A program made the position numbers and the translations under genes. Of a DNA stretch of 64,000 nucleotides, positions 28,610 to 38,242 are shown in pieces. The DNA is from a virus. Taxonomy: Duplodnaviria; Caudoviricetes. Within the stretch, counting starts at the first letter, position 1. Every line of letters starts with the position of its first letter. A model generated the notes under the pieces. It did no database searches. It saw only the letters and a program-made list of their open reading frames with translations, and was not told where the DNA came from. The DNA lies in IMG/VR virus record IMGVR_UViG_3300031992_000007, positions 32,001 through 96,000 of that record; one strand, given 5' to 3'.

Positions 28610-31600
28610 ATGTCACTTTTAGGTACTCTTGCGAACAAGGAAATCAACGACTTCCTGCGCACTGTCACTATCAAGAACGCCTACTTCGCAACTCGTAGCA
28701 GAAACCGTCAGCTTCACGCTAATGTTGCATCGGTTCCGGACAATGTTGTCCCCTACTATAAGCATATAGCTGGAGAGTATATTCTCAAGGAACCTGTAGT
28801 CTGCAAGGTGAAGAATCCTAAGACGGGACTTTATGAGTCTCAGACCTATGCTGCAACTGCCCTCATTATCAACGAAGTGGGTCGTCAAAATCGTGAAGTA
28901 AATAATGCCGACCTCTATGAAGAGTCGGCCTTCGACGAGATGATGTACGTCGTTTCGCTTGATACTGGAGAGGAGATTCCATTCACCCTAGAGAACCTGC
29001 ATGCAGAGTTCGCATCGGATGCTTCTGCAGTCCACGAAAAGACTCTTGAAGCATACAAAATTCCTGGTCGTTATTACGACCTTTTGTGTGAAAAATACCC
29101 AGCACAGGTAGACTTAATCAAAGCCATAGTATATCCTGTTACCGGCGTCCGTGGCATCACGGATGTCGAGTTAAACGAGTACGAAGTTAATGGAGAACCC
29201 CTTCCTGGTTATAAGCAAAGACGGCGTGATGCAATCGTTGCAGCAGCTGACTTTTCATTGCTCGCTTGTGACGAAACTATTCTTGAGGAATTGGAGCGTC
29301 ACGACCTGATAACTTATGCGAAGATGATCCTTCGCAACCTCGATAAGAGGTGGAACATCCAGGAGTTCTGGAAGGAGCAAAATTACCCACTCGTCCTCTG
29401 GACGATTGTGTGGTGTTCTCTGAAGCTAGGTCTCATCACCAGGCGTTACGAAAACATCAAGACTCAGTTTGCTCACTCTAGCCATGTGTGGGACTACCTT
29501 GAGTCCAAGGGGATGGAACCTTATCGTGGTTACTTGACCACGGCTCAGACGAAGTTTCTCTACAAGAACATCGAGTACATTCTCAGGAATAGAGGTAAGC
29601 AGAAAGTTACCAACATTCTTGTAGATGAGTTTCTTTCAGACATCGGACTTAATCTCAAGACGAAGACGATCGTTCTGGATACGACTGACACACTCGATAA
29701 GTCGAAGCTGCACCATATCTCGAATGTCAAAACTCAATGTGCTTCGTGCTCAAGGAGATCCTACTGTCACAAGAACATCACGAACTTCGAATGCCCCAAT
29801 TACCTCAACGTAACTGGACTGTGCGAAGCGCAGCCTATTGTTCTCACCGAGGAATTCGTTGGCGCACGCAAGTCTAAAATCATCGATGCTCTCATTAAGC
29901 AGTATGGTTACTCTGAAGATGATGCTAGAACGAAGTATGAACGTTCGATGATCTGGCGCGATGATGAAGTAGAAGCTATTCGTAGTGACTACGATCGCGA
30001 CCAGCTGACAGATGTCGGCGGTCCTACTGAATCTCTCGATGCTCTTATCCAGAGAGAACACTCATCTGGTCTGGAACCCGAGTACAACCAGAATGTTGTG
30101 GATCAGCAGACTAAGGAACTTCAGCACATAGCTGGAACTGTTGCGCCTACCAAGCTTATCGAGCTTACCAAAAACAAGCCGTCTGCTAAGTATGCTTCGA
30201 TGTTCAACAAGTTCCTTACCGAGACTCTTCTTCACTTGGCTCCTAGACTGTACACTTATGTGGACGACAACGGTAAGACGGTTACGGAAACTCTCACGAA
30301 AGTCTTCAATGACTACAATGTCACTTTCAGGGATGTAAGTACGAACTGTCAGTTGTCGTATGGCGAACTCATCGCCATGATGTACTTGGGCACGATCAAG
30401 GAATACAAGATCGATCTCTTCTTCGATCATGTGTTCGGAGATACTGCTTATGCCAGAGACTGCCAGTACTACCGTGCTGCGGATCTCAGTCTCGAAGGCG
30501 AAGCTTACAAGACAGAAGTAGTTACTCTGAGCAATGCTCTGAAGATAGCTCCTATCTATCCTGGAGATTATGTCATCGGTACAGTTGTTCCTACTGAGGG
30601 TGTTTATGTCAAGGTAGGTGAACGATACGTGCCTTGTCAGGACAGGGTGTTCAATGAAGACACGGACTACTACAAGTTCGATGAGGAAGTGTCTGATTAT
30701 GTCAAGATGACCTCTGGCGACTACGTTGTCGGAGAAGCCGTCAATAGAGACGATGTCTATCTCTGGGCACCTTACAAGATCATCGATAGTCGTCCTACCA
30801 AGCCTCTTGAGATGGCTGCTGGTCATGATCCTCTTACCGACTTCCAGCATACCTGGACTTACGAGTTCCCTGTCCCTGGTGGGGCTAGGATCAAGAACGC
30901 GTTCAAGTTCGGTAGACCTGTTCCACAGCAGGCTCTGGTAGATGCTTGGTACACAGATTCCGATTCCGACTTCGACTACGAGGGTATTATTCCTTCAGAC
31001 CTAGTCGACAAGTGGATTACTGGTGGGGTGGACTTCCATATCCTTACTGTCAATGGTTCTGTGTATGTTGTGACTGCCATAACCAACACCGTCTCTGAGA
31101 TGTGGGAAGGATGGCCTGTCGCCCTGAGGATCGAAGGTATCATCAAGAACAGAGCATTCTTCCCAGCTAGAGATGAGACAACTATCATCCCCAAGTATGC
31201 TCGGTGGTATTCTGACCACCTTCTTCCTGACAGCGATGGTCAAGCGACTAGCTCGACTGATGTTGATGTTATCGAAGATGGTGTTCTTCCTCTAGATGAG
31301 GACTCTGTAACGACCAGTGATGAGCAAGAGACGAAGAAGTTGGTTATCAAGTTCGATGCTAACAAAGGTCGTAAGTACATCCAGTTGGAGATTGAGAAAT
31401 ACTTCGACATGGATAAGTTCCTTAACGACTATGTGGATCTCATGGAGAATGTAACTTCCCAGGAAGCCCTTGGAGCGTACATTGCCAAGATGTTCACTCT
31501 ACTTGAACACACCTTCGTCTACGGAGAATCGTCTCCTTCTATTGAAACCCAAATCTGTGTCAAGGAAGTTCTTGATAGCTGTATGGTCAACATACAGGAC

Positions 31601-32725
31601 TACAAGTTCGACTTGGTTGGAACAGCCAAGACCTCGAAGTGGATCCAAGAAGGTATTTCAAGGTATCCTATCGAGAAGCCACAGAAGTCAGTTGCTTTCT
31701 ACAGTGACTGGCTTAAGAGGACTAAGAATCTTTACGATATCTGCCAGTCTGTCGACAGCAATGTCAATGCTGAGGATATCTGGAAAGAGTTCAACCAAGA
31801 CTGCATCATGGGTGTTCTTGAAGGATGTAACATTCCCTATGTCATCACGGCTAAGGATACAGAGCTGACCGCCAAAATACGTCAGCTGGTAACATCTCTC
31901 AGTAGCTACAAGATCGCGTTCATCGATGGAGACAGCACAGATCGGTTCACTGATTCGATAGTTGCAGTTGTCTCTGGTTCTGCTTTCAAACACCTGACTA
32001 CAACATCCAGGGAATACATAGCTCCCATACTTGACTCGACATGTCAGCCTCATATCGCGTGCTACGAGATACAGGATGACGGTTGTATCATGATGAGAAC
32101 TCCAGATACCTATGCTGTTGAAGGTAAGGTGTACTACAAACTTGTCAATACGTCCAATGTGAATGATGAATTGGAAAACGATGAGTTTGAGGTCATTGAC
32201 GTTCCTGTCATCATTGGTGAACAGGAGGTTATGATACCGACCATTGAGGTTACGGACAACAACGATCTTGACGTCGTCACTTACGAAGGGGTGTCGTTCG
32301 AAGAGGATACTCTTCTTCCTCCTAACACCTACTACGAGAAGATAGACATCCGTAGAACACTTGGTGTGTCCGGTAGATCGATAGTGGTTGAGTTCAAGAG
32401 AGAAAATGGAAAGTGGTATTGTAGAGTAGGCGCTTCGGTTGTGAAGACTAAGGTTGTTCCAACCTATGCTTCTGACTGGGAGGCTGATAAGTCTCAGGAT
32501 ACATTTATCCAATCTCTCAAGATAGACGAAACTGAGAAAAAGAAACTCATCTCGTACAAGTACAGGAAGACCATAGCTTACAACGACTATGGCTGGACTG
32601 CTTGGATGGATGCACCTAAGAGTCTCAAAGACCACTTGGCAGTATTTGCTGCCTCGAGAACTGTCTATCTCCATGACACCATAGACCTAGACATCATAGT
32701 AGAACGTGCTGCCTCGGAAAGCTAA
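28610..32725 (+). CDS. large baseplate/structural protein (phiKZ gp128-like)
   Basis: PYYKHIAGEY, MYVVSLDTGEEIPFT, HVWDYLESKG, FLYKNIEYILRNRGKQ; divergent from portal; AGGAG SD. Confidence 0.7.
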   Translation: MSLLGTLANKEINDFLRTVTIKNAYFATRSRNRQLHANVASVPDNVVPYYKHIAGEYILKEPVVCKVKNPKTGLYESQTYAATALIINEVGRQNREVNNADLYEESAFDEMMYVVSLDTGEEIPFTLENLHAEFASDASAVHEKTLEAYKIPGRYYDLLCEKYPAQVDLIKAIVYPVTGVRGITDVELNEYEVNGEPLPGYKQRRRDAIVAAADFSLLACDETILEELERHDLITYAKMILRNLDKRWNIQEFWKEQNYPLVLWTIVWCSLKLGLITRRYENIKTQFAHSSHVWDYLESKGMEPYRGYLTTAQTKFLYKNIEYILRNRGKQKVTNILVDEFLSDIGLNLKTKTIVLDTTDTLDKSKLHHISNVKTQCASCSRRSYCHKNITNFECPNYLNVTGLCEAQPIVLTEEFVGARKSKIIDALIKQYGYSEDDARTKYERSMIWRDDEVEAIRSDYDRDQLTDVGGPTESLDALIQREHSSGLEPEYNQNVVDQQTKELQHIAGTVAPTKLIELTKNKPSAKYASMFNKFLTETLLHLAPRLYTYVDDNGKTVTETLTKVFNDYNVTFRDVSTNCQLSYGELIAMMYLGTIKEYKIDLFFDHVFGDTAYARDCQYYRAADLSLEGEAYKTEVVTLSNALKIAPIYPGDYVIGTVVPTEGVYVKVGERYVPCQDRVFNEDTDYYKFDEEVSDYVKMTSGDYVVGEAVNRDDVYLWAPYKIIDSRPTKPLEMAAGHDPLTDFQHTWTYEFPVPGGARIKNAFKFGRPVPQQALVDAWYTDSDSDFDYEGIIPSDLVDKWITGGVDFHILTVNGSVYVVTAITNTVSEMWEGWPVALRIEGIIKNRAFFPARDETTIIPKYARWYSDHLLPDSDGQATSSTDVDVIEDGVLPLDEDSVTTSDEQETKKLVIKFDANKGRKYIQLEIEKYFDMDKFLNDYVDLMENVTSQEALGAYIAKMFTLLEHTFVYGESSPSIETQICVKEVLDSCMVNIQDYKFDLVGTAKTSKWIQEGISRYPIEKPQKSVAFYSDWLKRTKNLYDICQSVDSNVNAEDIWKEFNQDCIMGVLEGCNIPYVITAKDTELTAKIRQLVTSLSSYKIAFIDGDSTDRFTDSIVAVVSGSAFKHLTTTSREYIAPILDSTCQPHIACYEIQDDGCIMMRTPDTYAVEGKVYYKLVNTSNVNDELENDEFEVIDVPVIIGEQEVMIPTIEVTDNNDLDVVTYEGVSFEEDTLLPPNTYYEKIDIRRTLGVSGRSIVVEFKRENGKWYCRVGASVVKTKVVPTYASDWEADKSQDTFIQSLKIDETEKKKLISYKYRKTIAYNDYGWTAWMDAPKSLKDHLAVFAASRTVYLHDTIDLDIIVERAASES

Positions 32726-32737
32726 AAGGAGTTAACA

Positions 32738-33577
32738 ATGAGCAATACTACATTTCGTGATCAGAACACAGTGACGACCATCTTGGCCATCCGGAATCAG
32801 TTGGCGGCTAACATCGCCATCTCTCTCCAGATAGACCATCCAACGACGATCAATACCAAACGTGGTGTCCTCAAGGACTGGACTCCTACGACGTTCCCTA
32901 AGATCCGGTACTTCGGTATTGGTATCGGAGGTTACGCCAACCTTACGTCCGAGGAGAACATCGCTCAGCCGTATGTCCCGTCCCCTGAGAACTGCGACCT
33001 GTACCATCCGATCCCGTTCCGTTGTGTCAGAACAACTGCTGACTTGACAGACGATGAGAAGGCTCAGTACAGAATGCGTACCAAGACTACCATCGATGGT
33101 GTTGAGTATTTCCAGTACTGGCTTAAGAAGATCGTCTTCGAGAGCTCTGTAGCTAGAACTACCAAGATCGTGGATGGTGTCGAGTCTGAGTATACCTTTA
33201 CCCAGGCTAATCTCACTCCATCTCCAGTTGACCTTTATCCTACGGACTTGGCTGATACCAAGAACCGTATCGTTGCCTCCGTTACTGGCATCTGCCGTGT
33301 GACTGGCAAAGAGGTCCTCGAGGTGTGCAATGCGATGTACGGTGGAGACATCCGTCGTATGCGTATCAGTGAGTTCGGTACCTACTCTGGATGTGAGTGG
33401 GGTGTCAACAACAAAGAGAACCCCGTGAATCCTACCGACGCTTCTTGTGTCCGTAAGGAAGCTGGATATGTTCAGCTGTGCACCCACAAGTGTACGCTTG
33501 GACAGATCCTGTCTAACGAGGAAGACATCCTGATTGAGAGAAAGGTCCTGGAAAACTCAAGCTGTGTCGTGGTCTGA
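32738..33577 (+). CDS. virion structural protein (phiKZ gp127-like)
   Basis: IRYFGIGIGG, LYHPIPF, YWLKKI, ISEFGTYSG motifs; synteny. Confidence 0.65.
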   Translation: MSNTTFRDQNTVTTILAIRNQLAANIAISLQIDHPTTINTKRGVLKDWTPTTFPKIRYFGIGIGGYANLTSEENIAQPYVPSPENCDLYHPIPFRCVRTTADLTDDEKAQYRMRTKTTIDGVEYFQYWLKKIVFESSVARTTKIVDGVESEYTFTQANLTPSPVDLYPTDLADTKNRIVASVTGICRVTGKEVLEVCNAMYGGDIRRMRISEFGTYSGCEWGVNNKENPVNPTDASCVRKEAGYVQLCTHKCTLGQILSNEEDILIERKVLENSSCVVV

Positions 33578-33595
33578 CGCAAAAAGAATCAACCA

Positions 33596-33623
33596 ACCTG
33601 CTGGGCCTTGCGGCCCAGCAGGT
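33596..33623. terminator. bidirectional terminator between convergent genes
   Basis: ACCTGCTGGGCC-ttgc-GGCCCAGCAGGT flanked by A and T tracts. Confidence 0.8.
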
Positions 33624-33634
33624 GGTCTTTCCTT

Positions 33635-35281
33635 TTATTTCCAGTAACGAGAACAGCCCAGCCAGATTCCGCTATCAACGGTCCAGCCATAGTTCATTGC
33701 AAACGTGGACTCTTCGTACTCGAAATAGATCGATCTTGGGATGCGCTTCTTGGTCGCATCAGAACCTTCTTCGACCGCTTTCAGGAACTCCGCCACGAAG
33801 AACTGAATATCCGTCTTGGGATTGTTGAGATTCCACGTGGAAGGCTGGCACTCTCCAGTCTCGGAATATCCGACTGTGGACGACGCGGGATAATCGGTCC
33901 ATGTTGTCGTGCGCCACACCCAGAATACCGTGAACTGTTTGTCCAGCTCTTCGATCTTCTTCTTAAGAGCAGACCCTGCTGCTACAGCACCATCTGTCTT
34001 CGACCCGTTGATTTGGACGTTGGATGTTACCCAGAGCTCCATCAGGTCATCCGTTCCCTGCATAGCCAGATTGTTATCTGTTGTCCAGATCGGCGGCAGA
34101 GCACGCATATAACTCCCGAGCATAGCCAGGTATTTGTTCGGATCAAGGATCTTCTTCGAGAAGTTCAGTGCAAGGTCATAGACGATATCGTCGATGATCC
34201 TGTTCAAGGTCTTGTAATAGTCGGGGATGTTCTCCAACGCAGTCACAGTCGACCTGTCGATCTCCTTGGCCGCGAAGGACACAATATCCGCTATCGAGTT
34301 GAACCTGTTCAGAACCATCTTTGTATTCTTCATGGTCGTCAGCTCGCCGCACTGCATGTGAAGATCGAACTCGTCACAGAACAGTTTGTTGTACGCTTCC
34401 GAACACGCGAAGGAATACCTTGACCCACGAGTGATGCTGACGATCGTTTTCAGTCTTGCGACCAGATCGTTCTCCATCTTGCTGATGCTCAGCGCCACAT
34501 CGTTCGCCAGCTTGAGCATTTCCTCGCGACCAACAGGAAGAGCCTTGAGCTGTTTGTACTGAATGGTCACGAACTTCCTTGTGCTGTGAACAGTCTTGAA
34601 ATACGGCTTGAACGTTTCGATGACATCCATGTCGGAGATGTACCGGAGTCTCGGATCACTGATCAGCATCCGCGCACAAGTCGATCCATCGTGCAAGTTG
34701 AACTTGCCGTAGAGGACGTTAACGCTGTTGCACACAGTGAACTTGGACGTCGAGAACTCCTGATCGAACTCTGGAAGCTTCCATGGTTTTGGTGGCTCTG
34801 CTTCCTTGAGCTTAGTCGTAGGAGCCTCTTTCGGTTCTTCCTTCTTCTGAACAGTCGGAGAGGACTTGAGTTCTCCGAACAGTCCGGCAGCCATAGACCT
34901 TGCGGAACCAAATGAAGTCATGGGCGGAGTCTGACGACCCATCGTACCTATGCCTCCCATTCCCATTCCACCCATAACGGACATGCCGCCACCTCCCATC
35001 ATCATCAACCTCTGTCGAGCCGACTGACGCATGGCTGGGAGATAAGAGTCATCGATCTCTGTACGCATCTGCTCTTCGGTGATACCGTTGGGATAACGGA
35101 CACCTAAACTCTGAATGAACCCTACTGTCTGCTGCCCAGGATTCTGAGCCATCGCAGCCATGAGCTGAAGTTCTTGTGGAGTAATCGCACCCTGGGAAGA
35201 CCAGTACTGTATGCGCTGACGTAGCTGATACAGAAACTTCTGGTAGTAGGGGTGGGACTCCAGTGCATTGTTTCCTAGCAT
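33635..35281 (-). CDS. hypothetical protein with Met/Gly-rich low-complexity segment
   Basis: 548 aa, GGAGG SD, downstream of the nvRNAP subunit. Confidence 0.7.
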   Translation of the reverse strand: MLGNNALESHPYYQKFLYQLRQRIQYWSSQGAITPQELQLMAAMAQNPGQQTVGFIQSLGVRYPNGITEEQMRTEIDDSYLPAMRQSARQRLMMMGGGGMSVMGGMGMGGIGTMGRQTPPMTSFGSARSMAAGLFGELKSSPTVQKKEEPKEAPTTKLKEAEPPKPWKLPEFDQEFSTSKFTVCNSVNVLYGKFNLHDGSTCARMLISDPRLRYISDMDVIETFKPYFKTVHSTRKFVTIQYKQLKALPVGREEMLKLANDVALSISKMENDLVARLKTIVSITRGSRYSFACSEAYNKLFCDEFDLHMQCGELTTMKNTKMVLNRFNSIADIVSFAAKEIDRSTVTALENIPDYYKTLNRIIDDIVYDLALNFSKKILDPNKYLAMLGSYMRALPPIWTTDNNLAMQGTDDLMELWVTSNVQINGSKTDGAVAAGSALKKKIEELDKQFTVFWVWRTTTWTDYPASSTVGYSETGECQPSTWNLNNPKTDIQFFVAEFLKAVEEGSDATKKRIPRSIYFEYEESTFAMNYGWTVDSGIWLGCSRYWK

Positions 35282-35306
35282 TTCTTTCTAACCTCCTGAA
35301 GTTTGT

Positions 35307-36875
35307 TTAGTCGTAGACGTGGATGATCTCGTCGGCGTAATCTGGTCTGATGATGTTCCCGCTCTCTGGATCTATCTCTGCGTACGGACTCATGTCTCCT
35401 GTCTTCACCGGTGCTGAAGCCGGGATGGTCAGAAGTGCAGTCACAGTCAACTGAGAATAGTGTGCCTTGAGCAGATACGGAGAGGTAGTGGTCTTGCTAC
35501 CTGTTTTCTTCCGTTTCGAGAACGACGAAGCAATAGGCTCCAGAGACAGGAATCGTTTGAGACCCATCTGAGTCAGCCAATTGTCATTATACAGAACAGG
35601 GTTCGGCCTGAAGATCGTATCACCAGCCTTGATCCAAGACGGCCTTTGCGAGGCGCGTTTGCAGAACTGTTCGACAGTCTTCGCTTCCAAGATAGACTTC
35701 TTCGAATTGATGATGTTGTACTGCGTCTTCACGATGTTGCGTGCTGGGCAATACGCCAAGTCATCAAGACCTTCAATCTTCTTATCGTACAGATTGGTCG
35801 GATCGTACGTCACGAGCTGATCGTCAATGTTAAAGTACATCCAGAACAACAGGTCGTAGATGTCTTCACAATTGCAGTTCACAGATCTAAGCTGTTCCTG
35901 CGCGACCTTATCCAGCATGGGGTCGGTCATCGCAAGGTGTTTGTTCGCATTCGGAATGAGAAGTTTGTTCTGGTTGTCATCACGGGAACCTATGAACTTC
36001 CCGAGGACGGCTTTGTAATATGAAGGATCGTTTCCGAAGATATCGGTATCACCGAACTCCGGAATTTCCATGAACATTCGATAGAGAGACAGAACCATTC
36101 GCCGCTTATAGCTCTCGGCAAGCACAGTCCTACGAACCTTCAGATAACGTTTGTGATCCGGCAGTTCGAAGTACTCCCACTCAGGGTCTTTGGTGTCAAA
36201 TGTGTGAGATATCTGGATGTCACTCGGATCCATCCCATATTTCTGCATGGCTCCATTATAGCCCAACTTACAGAAATGGTACAGAACCAGAGGTGTGGTC
36301 TCACTCTTCTCACCCGATGTTGCACCCTGGTGTATCTTGACTGTGATCAGCAACTCCGGATAGAGCGTGCCGCTCACAGAGATCATCTTGTATTTGTTCG
36401 TCGAACGACGCCCAAAAGTAATCGGTACACGCATGACTTTGACGATGATCGTACCATGATCCGTACGGTTGATACCACCCTTCTCCACGATCGGGAACTG
36501 CGGATAGTACTCAGTGTCGTTATACACAACACGTTCGTTGATCAGGTACGGCACATCAATGTACACGTAATACGGACGACCTTCGAATCGTAGCTCGAAT
36601 GCAACCAGACTCGTTTCGGTATTGCGTATCTGTACGCTTCCCTTGGTAAGCTGGTTGTTGACCAGATAGTCGATATGCTCCTCTGGTGTCAAGACCCGCC
36701 AACCTGCATACTCCAACTGGAAACTGAAGAACGCCACGATCTGATGGAATATCTTGTCGAGATACTCAGGGATCTTGTCGATCTTGTTCCTGCGGAAGTC
36801 GTAGATTAGTGTATCGTTGAACGGCCTTAGCTGTTTAGCCGCTTCACCGAACAGATAATCCCATTTGTCATCCAT
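35307..36875 (-). CDS. non-virion RNA polymerase beta N-terminal subunit (phiKZ gp123-like)
   Basis: YIDVPYL, VKVMRVPITF, TTPLVLYHFCKLG, NLYDKKI; TAATG coupling with the upstream gene; synteny with the gp127-129 block. Confidence 0.7.
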   Translation of the reverse strand: MDDKWDYLFGEAAKQLRPFNDTLIYDFRRNKIDKIPEYLDKIFHQIVAFFSFQLEYAGWRVLTPEEHIDYLVNNQLTKGSVQIRNTETSLVAFELRFEGRPYYVYIDVPYLINERVVYNDTEYYPQFPIVEKGGINRTDHGTIIVKVMRVPITFGRRSTNKYKMISVSGTLYPELLITVKIHQGATSGEKSETTPLVLYHFCKLGYNGAMQKYGMDPSDIQISHTFDTKDPEWEYFELPDHKRYLKVRRTVLAESYKRRMVLSLYRMFMEIPEFGDTDIFGNDPSYYKAVLGKFIGSRDDNQNKLLIPNANKHLAMTDPMLDKVAQEQLRSVNCNCEDIYDLLFWMYFNIDDQLVTYDPTNLYDKKIEGLDDLAYCPARNIVKTQYNIINSKKSILEAKTVEQFCKRASQRPSWIKAGDTIFRPNPVLYNDNWLTQMGLKRFLSLEPIASSFSKRKKTGSKTTTSPYLLKAHYSQLTVTALLTIPASAPVKTGDMSPYAEIDPESGNIIRPDYADEIIHVYD

Positions 36876-38086
36876 TACTTTCCTTTCTTGTTTTGAAGAG
36901 CGACTATTGCGACAACTGCGGAAGCCACAGCTGTTACAGTAGCCCCGATCATCTTCATATTGTCCCAAAATGCCTTGTCCGATGCAGCCTTGGCATCTTC
37001 AGCTAGCTTGAGAGTTTTATACCGCTCCTGCAGAAGTTTCTCCTGCATTGCATGCATGTCATTCATCGAGTTAGACGAAGACTTCCAATTGCCAATCTGC
37101 GCCTTCAATTCACTGATCTCCTGGTCCTTCTTCTGGATCTCCGCTCTCATCTGGATATTCTTAGTTTCCTGATCCAGTTTGAGATTCTCGATCTCTTGCT
37201 TATGTGCAGCGTTGATTCTGTCTATCTCCGCTTTGAACCTACGTTCCGCATCATCGTAAATATCCTTGGAAATCATGTTCGGAAGAGATGTCACCTGAGG
37301 AGCATTAGTTATATAACCAGCTCTCTTCTTGGCAATCACCTTTGCAAGAGCATCCATGGTTGGAGCAATGCATATCACATCACCACCGGGAACAACTATG
37401 GGCTCTTCCTTGAGAACATTCTCCAGAGATACTTCGAAGACCGTTGTCGTCGGTTGAGAGACCGAGCTGTATTGATGAGGATACCTCAAGTAACAGCAGA
37501 GTTTTCCATGATCACTCAAATCACTTGATTCAGACCCTACAAGTGGGCACGGATCTGCCCAATGTCCAGCCCTCAGGATAATCGTCTGACCGAATACTGA
37601 AACATAAAGTTCGCCCCATCTACGTGCAGGATCAAGTACCTGGAAGCACAGTCTTGGATCTGTTATTTCTTCGTCTACGGACGTTTCATATACAACCGGA
37701 TTAAAGTTACTCTCGCTAAGCATTTGTGCAGCTGCGTAAGAGTGATCCACAGTTGAAATGATAAGGTCGTATTCACGAACCCTGTAAGGCGCAGTTCTAA
37801 TCAATTCATAAGGGATCCTAGTCATGGAGCCCGGAATTGGAAGAGCTTCTTTGCCGAACCTAGTTTCTTTAGATCTAAGACCATTGAACTTCAGTCTCGA
37901 TAACTCAACACTTGCCTCAGACTCTCGATAGTTCGGGTTATCCGTAGGAAGCACTTCCTGAGTGCCATCCCTGAATGTAACCACCATATCCACGTGAGTA
38001 AAGTTTCTGACTTGTAACTCACGATAAAGCCCAGGATAAGCGTTGCTCAATGCACAGACGGAAATTTCTTGGGTTGTAGGTCCCAT
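36875..38086 (-). CDS. conserved hypothetical protein (phiKZ gp122-like position), coiled-coil and hydrophobic C-terminus
   Basis: 403 aa; AGGAG SD; downstream of an early promoter motif. Confidence 0.65.
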   Translation of the reverse strand: MGPTTQEISVCALSNAYPGLYRELQVRNFTHVDMVVTFRDGTQEVLPTDNPNYRESEASVELSRLKFNGLRSKETRFGKEALPIPGSMTRIPYELIRTAPYRVREYDLIISTVDHSYAAAQMLSESNFNPVVYETSVDEEITDPRLCFQVLDPARRWGELYVSVFGQTIILRAGHWADPCPLVGSESSDLSDHGKLCCYLRYPHQYSSVSQPTTTVFEVSLENVLKEEPIVVPGGDVICIAPTMDALAKVIAKKRAGYITNAPQVTSLPNMISKDIYDDAERRFKAEIDRINAAHKQEIENLKLDQETKNIQMRAEIQKKDQEISELKAQIGNWKSSSNSMNDMHAMQEKLLQERYKTLKLAEDAKAASDKAFWDNMKMIGATVTAVASAVVAIVALQNKKGK

Positions 38087-38127
38087 TTGTTCTCCTAATT
38101 GTGCAGTTGTGAAACTACTTCAACTAG

Positions 38128-38135
38128 GTAATATA
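38128..38135 (-). promoter_or_regulatory. phiKZ-type early promoter motif TATATTAC
   Basis: Exact motif ~40 bp upstream of ATG 38086, just past a terminator. Confidence 0.75.
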
Positions 38136-38208
38136 TGCGTGATAGGCGAACGAAGAAATGTCCAAATAACTAATTGCATAAGGTTGCTTCCGTGGATAAA
38201 AAATAATA

Positions 38209-38237
38209 CCAGCATCCGGCACAAAGCCGGATGCTGG
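38209..38237 (-). terminator. intrinsic terminator
   Basis: CCAGCATCCGGC-acaaa-GCCGGATGCTGG plus a T tract on the minus strand. Confidence 0.8.
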
Positions 38238-38242
38238 AGTGT

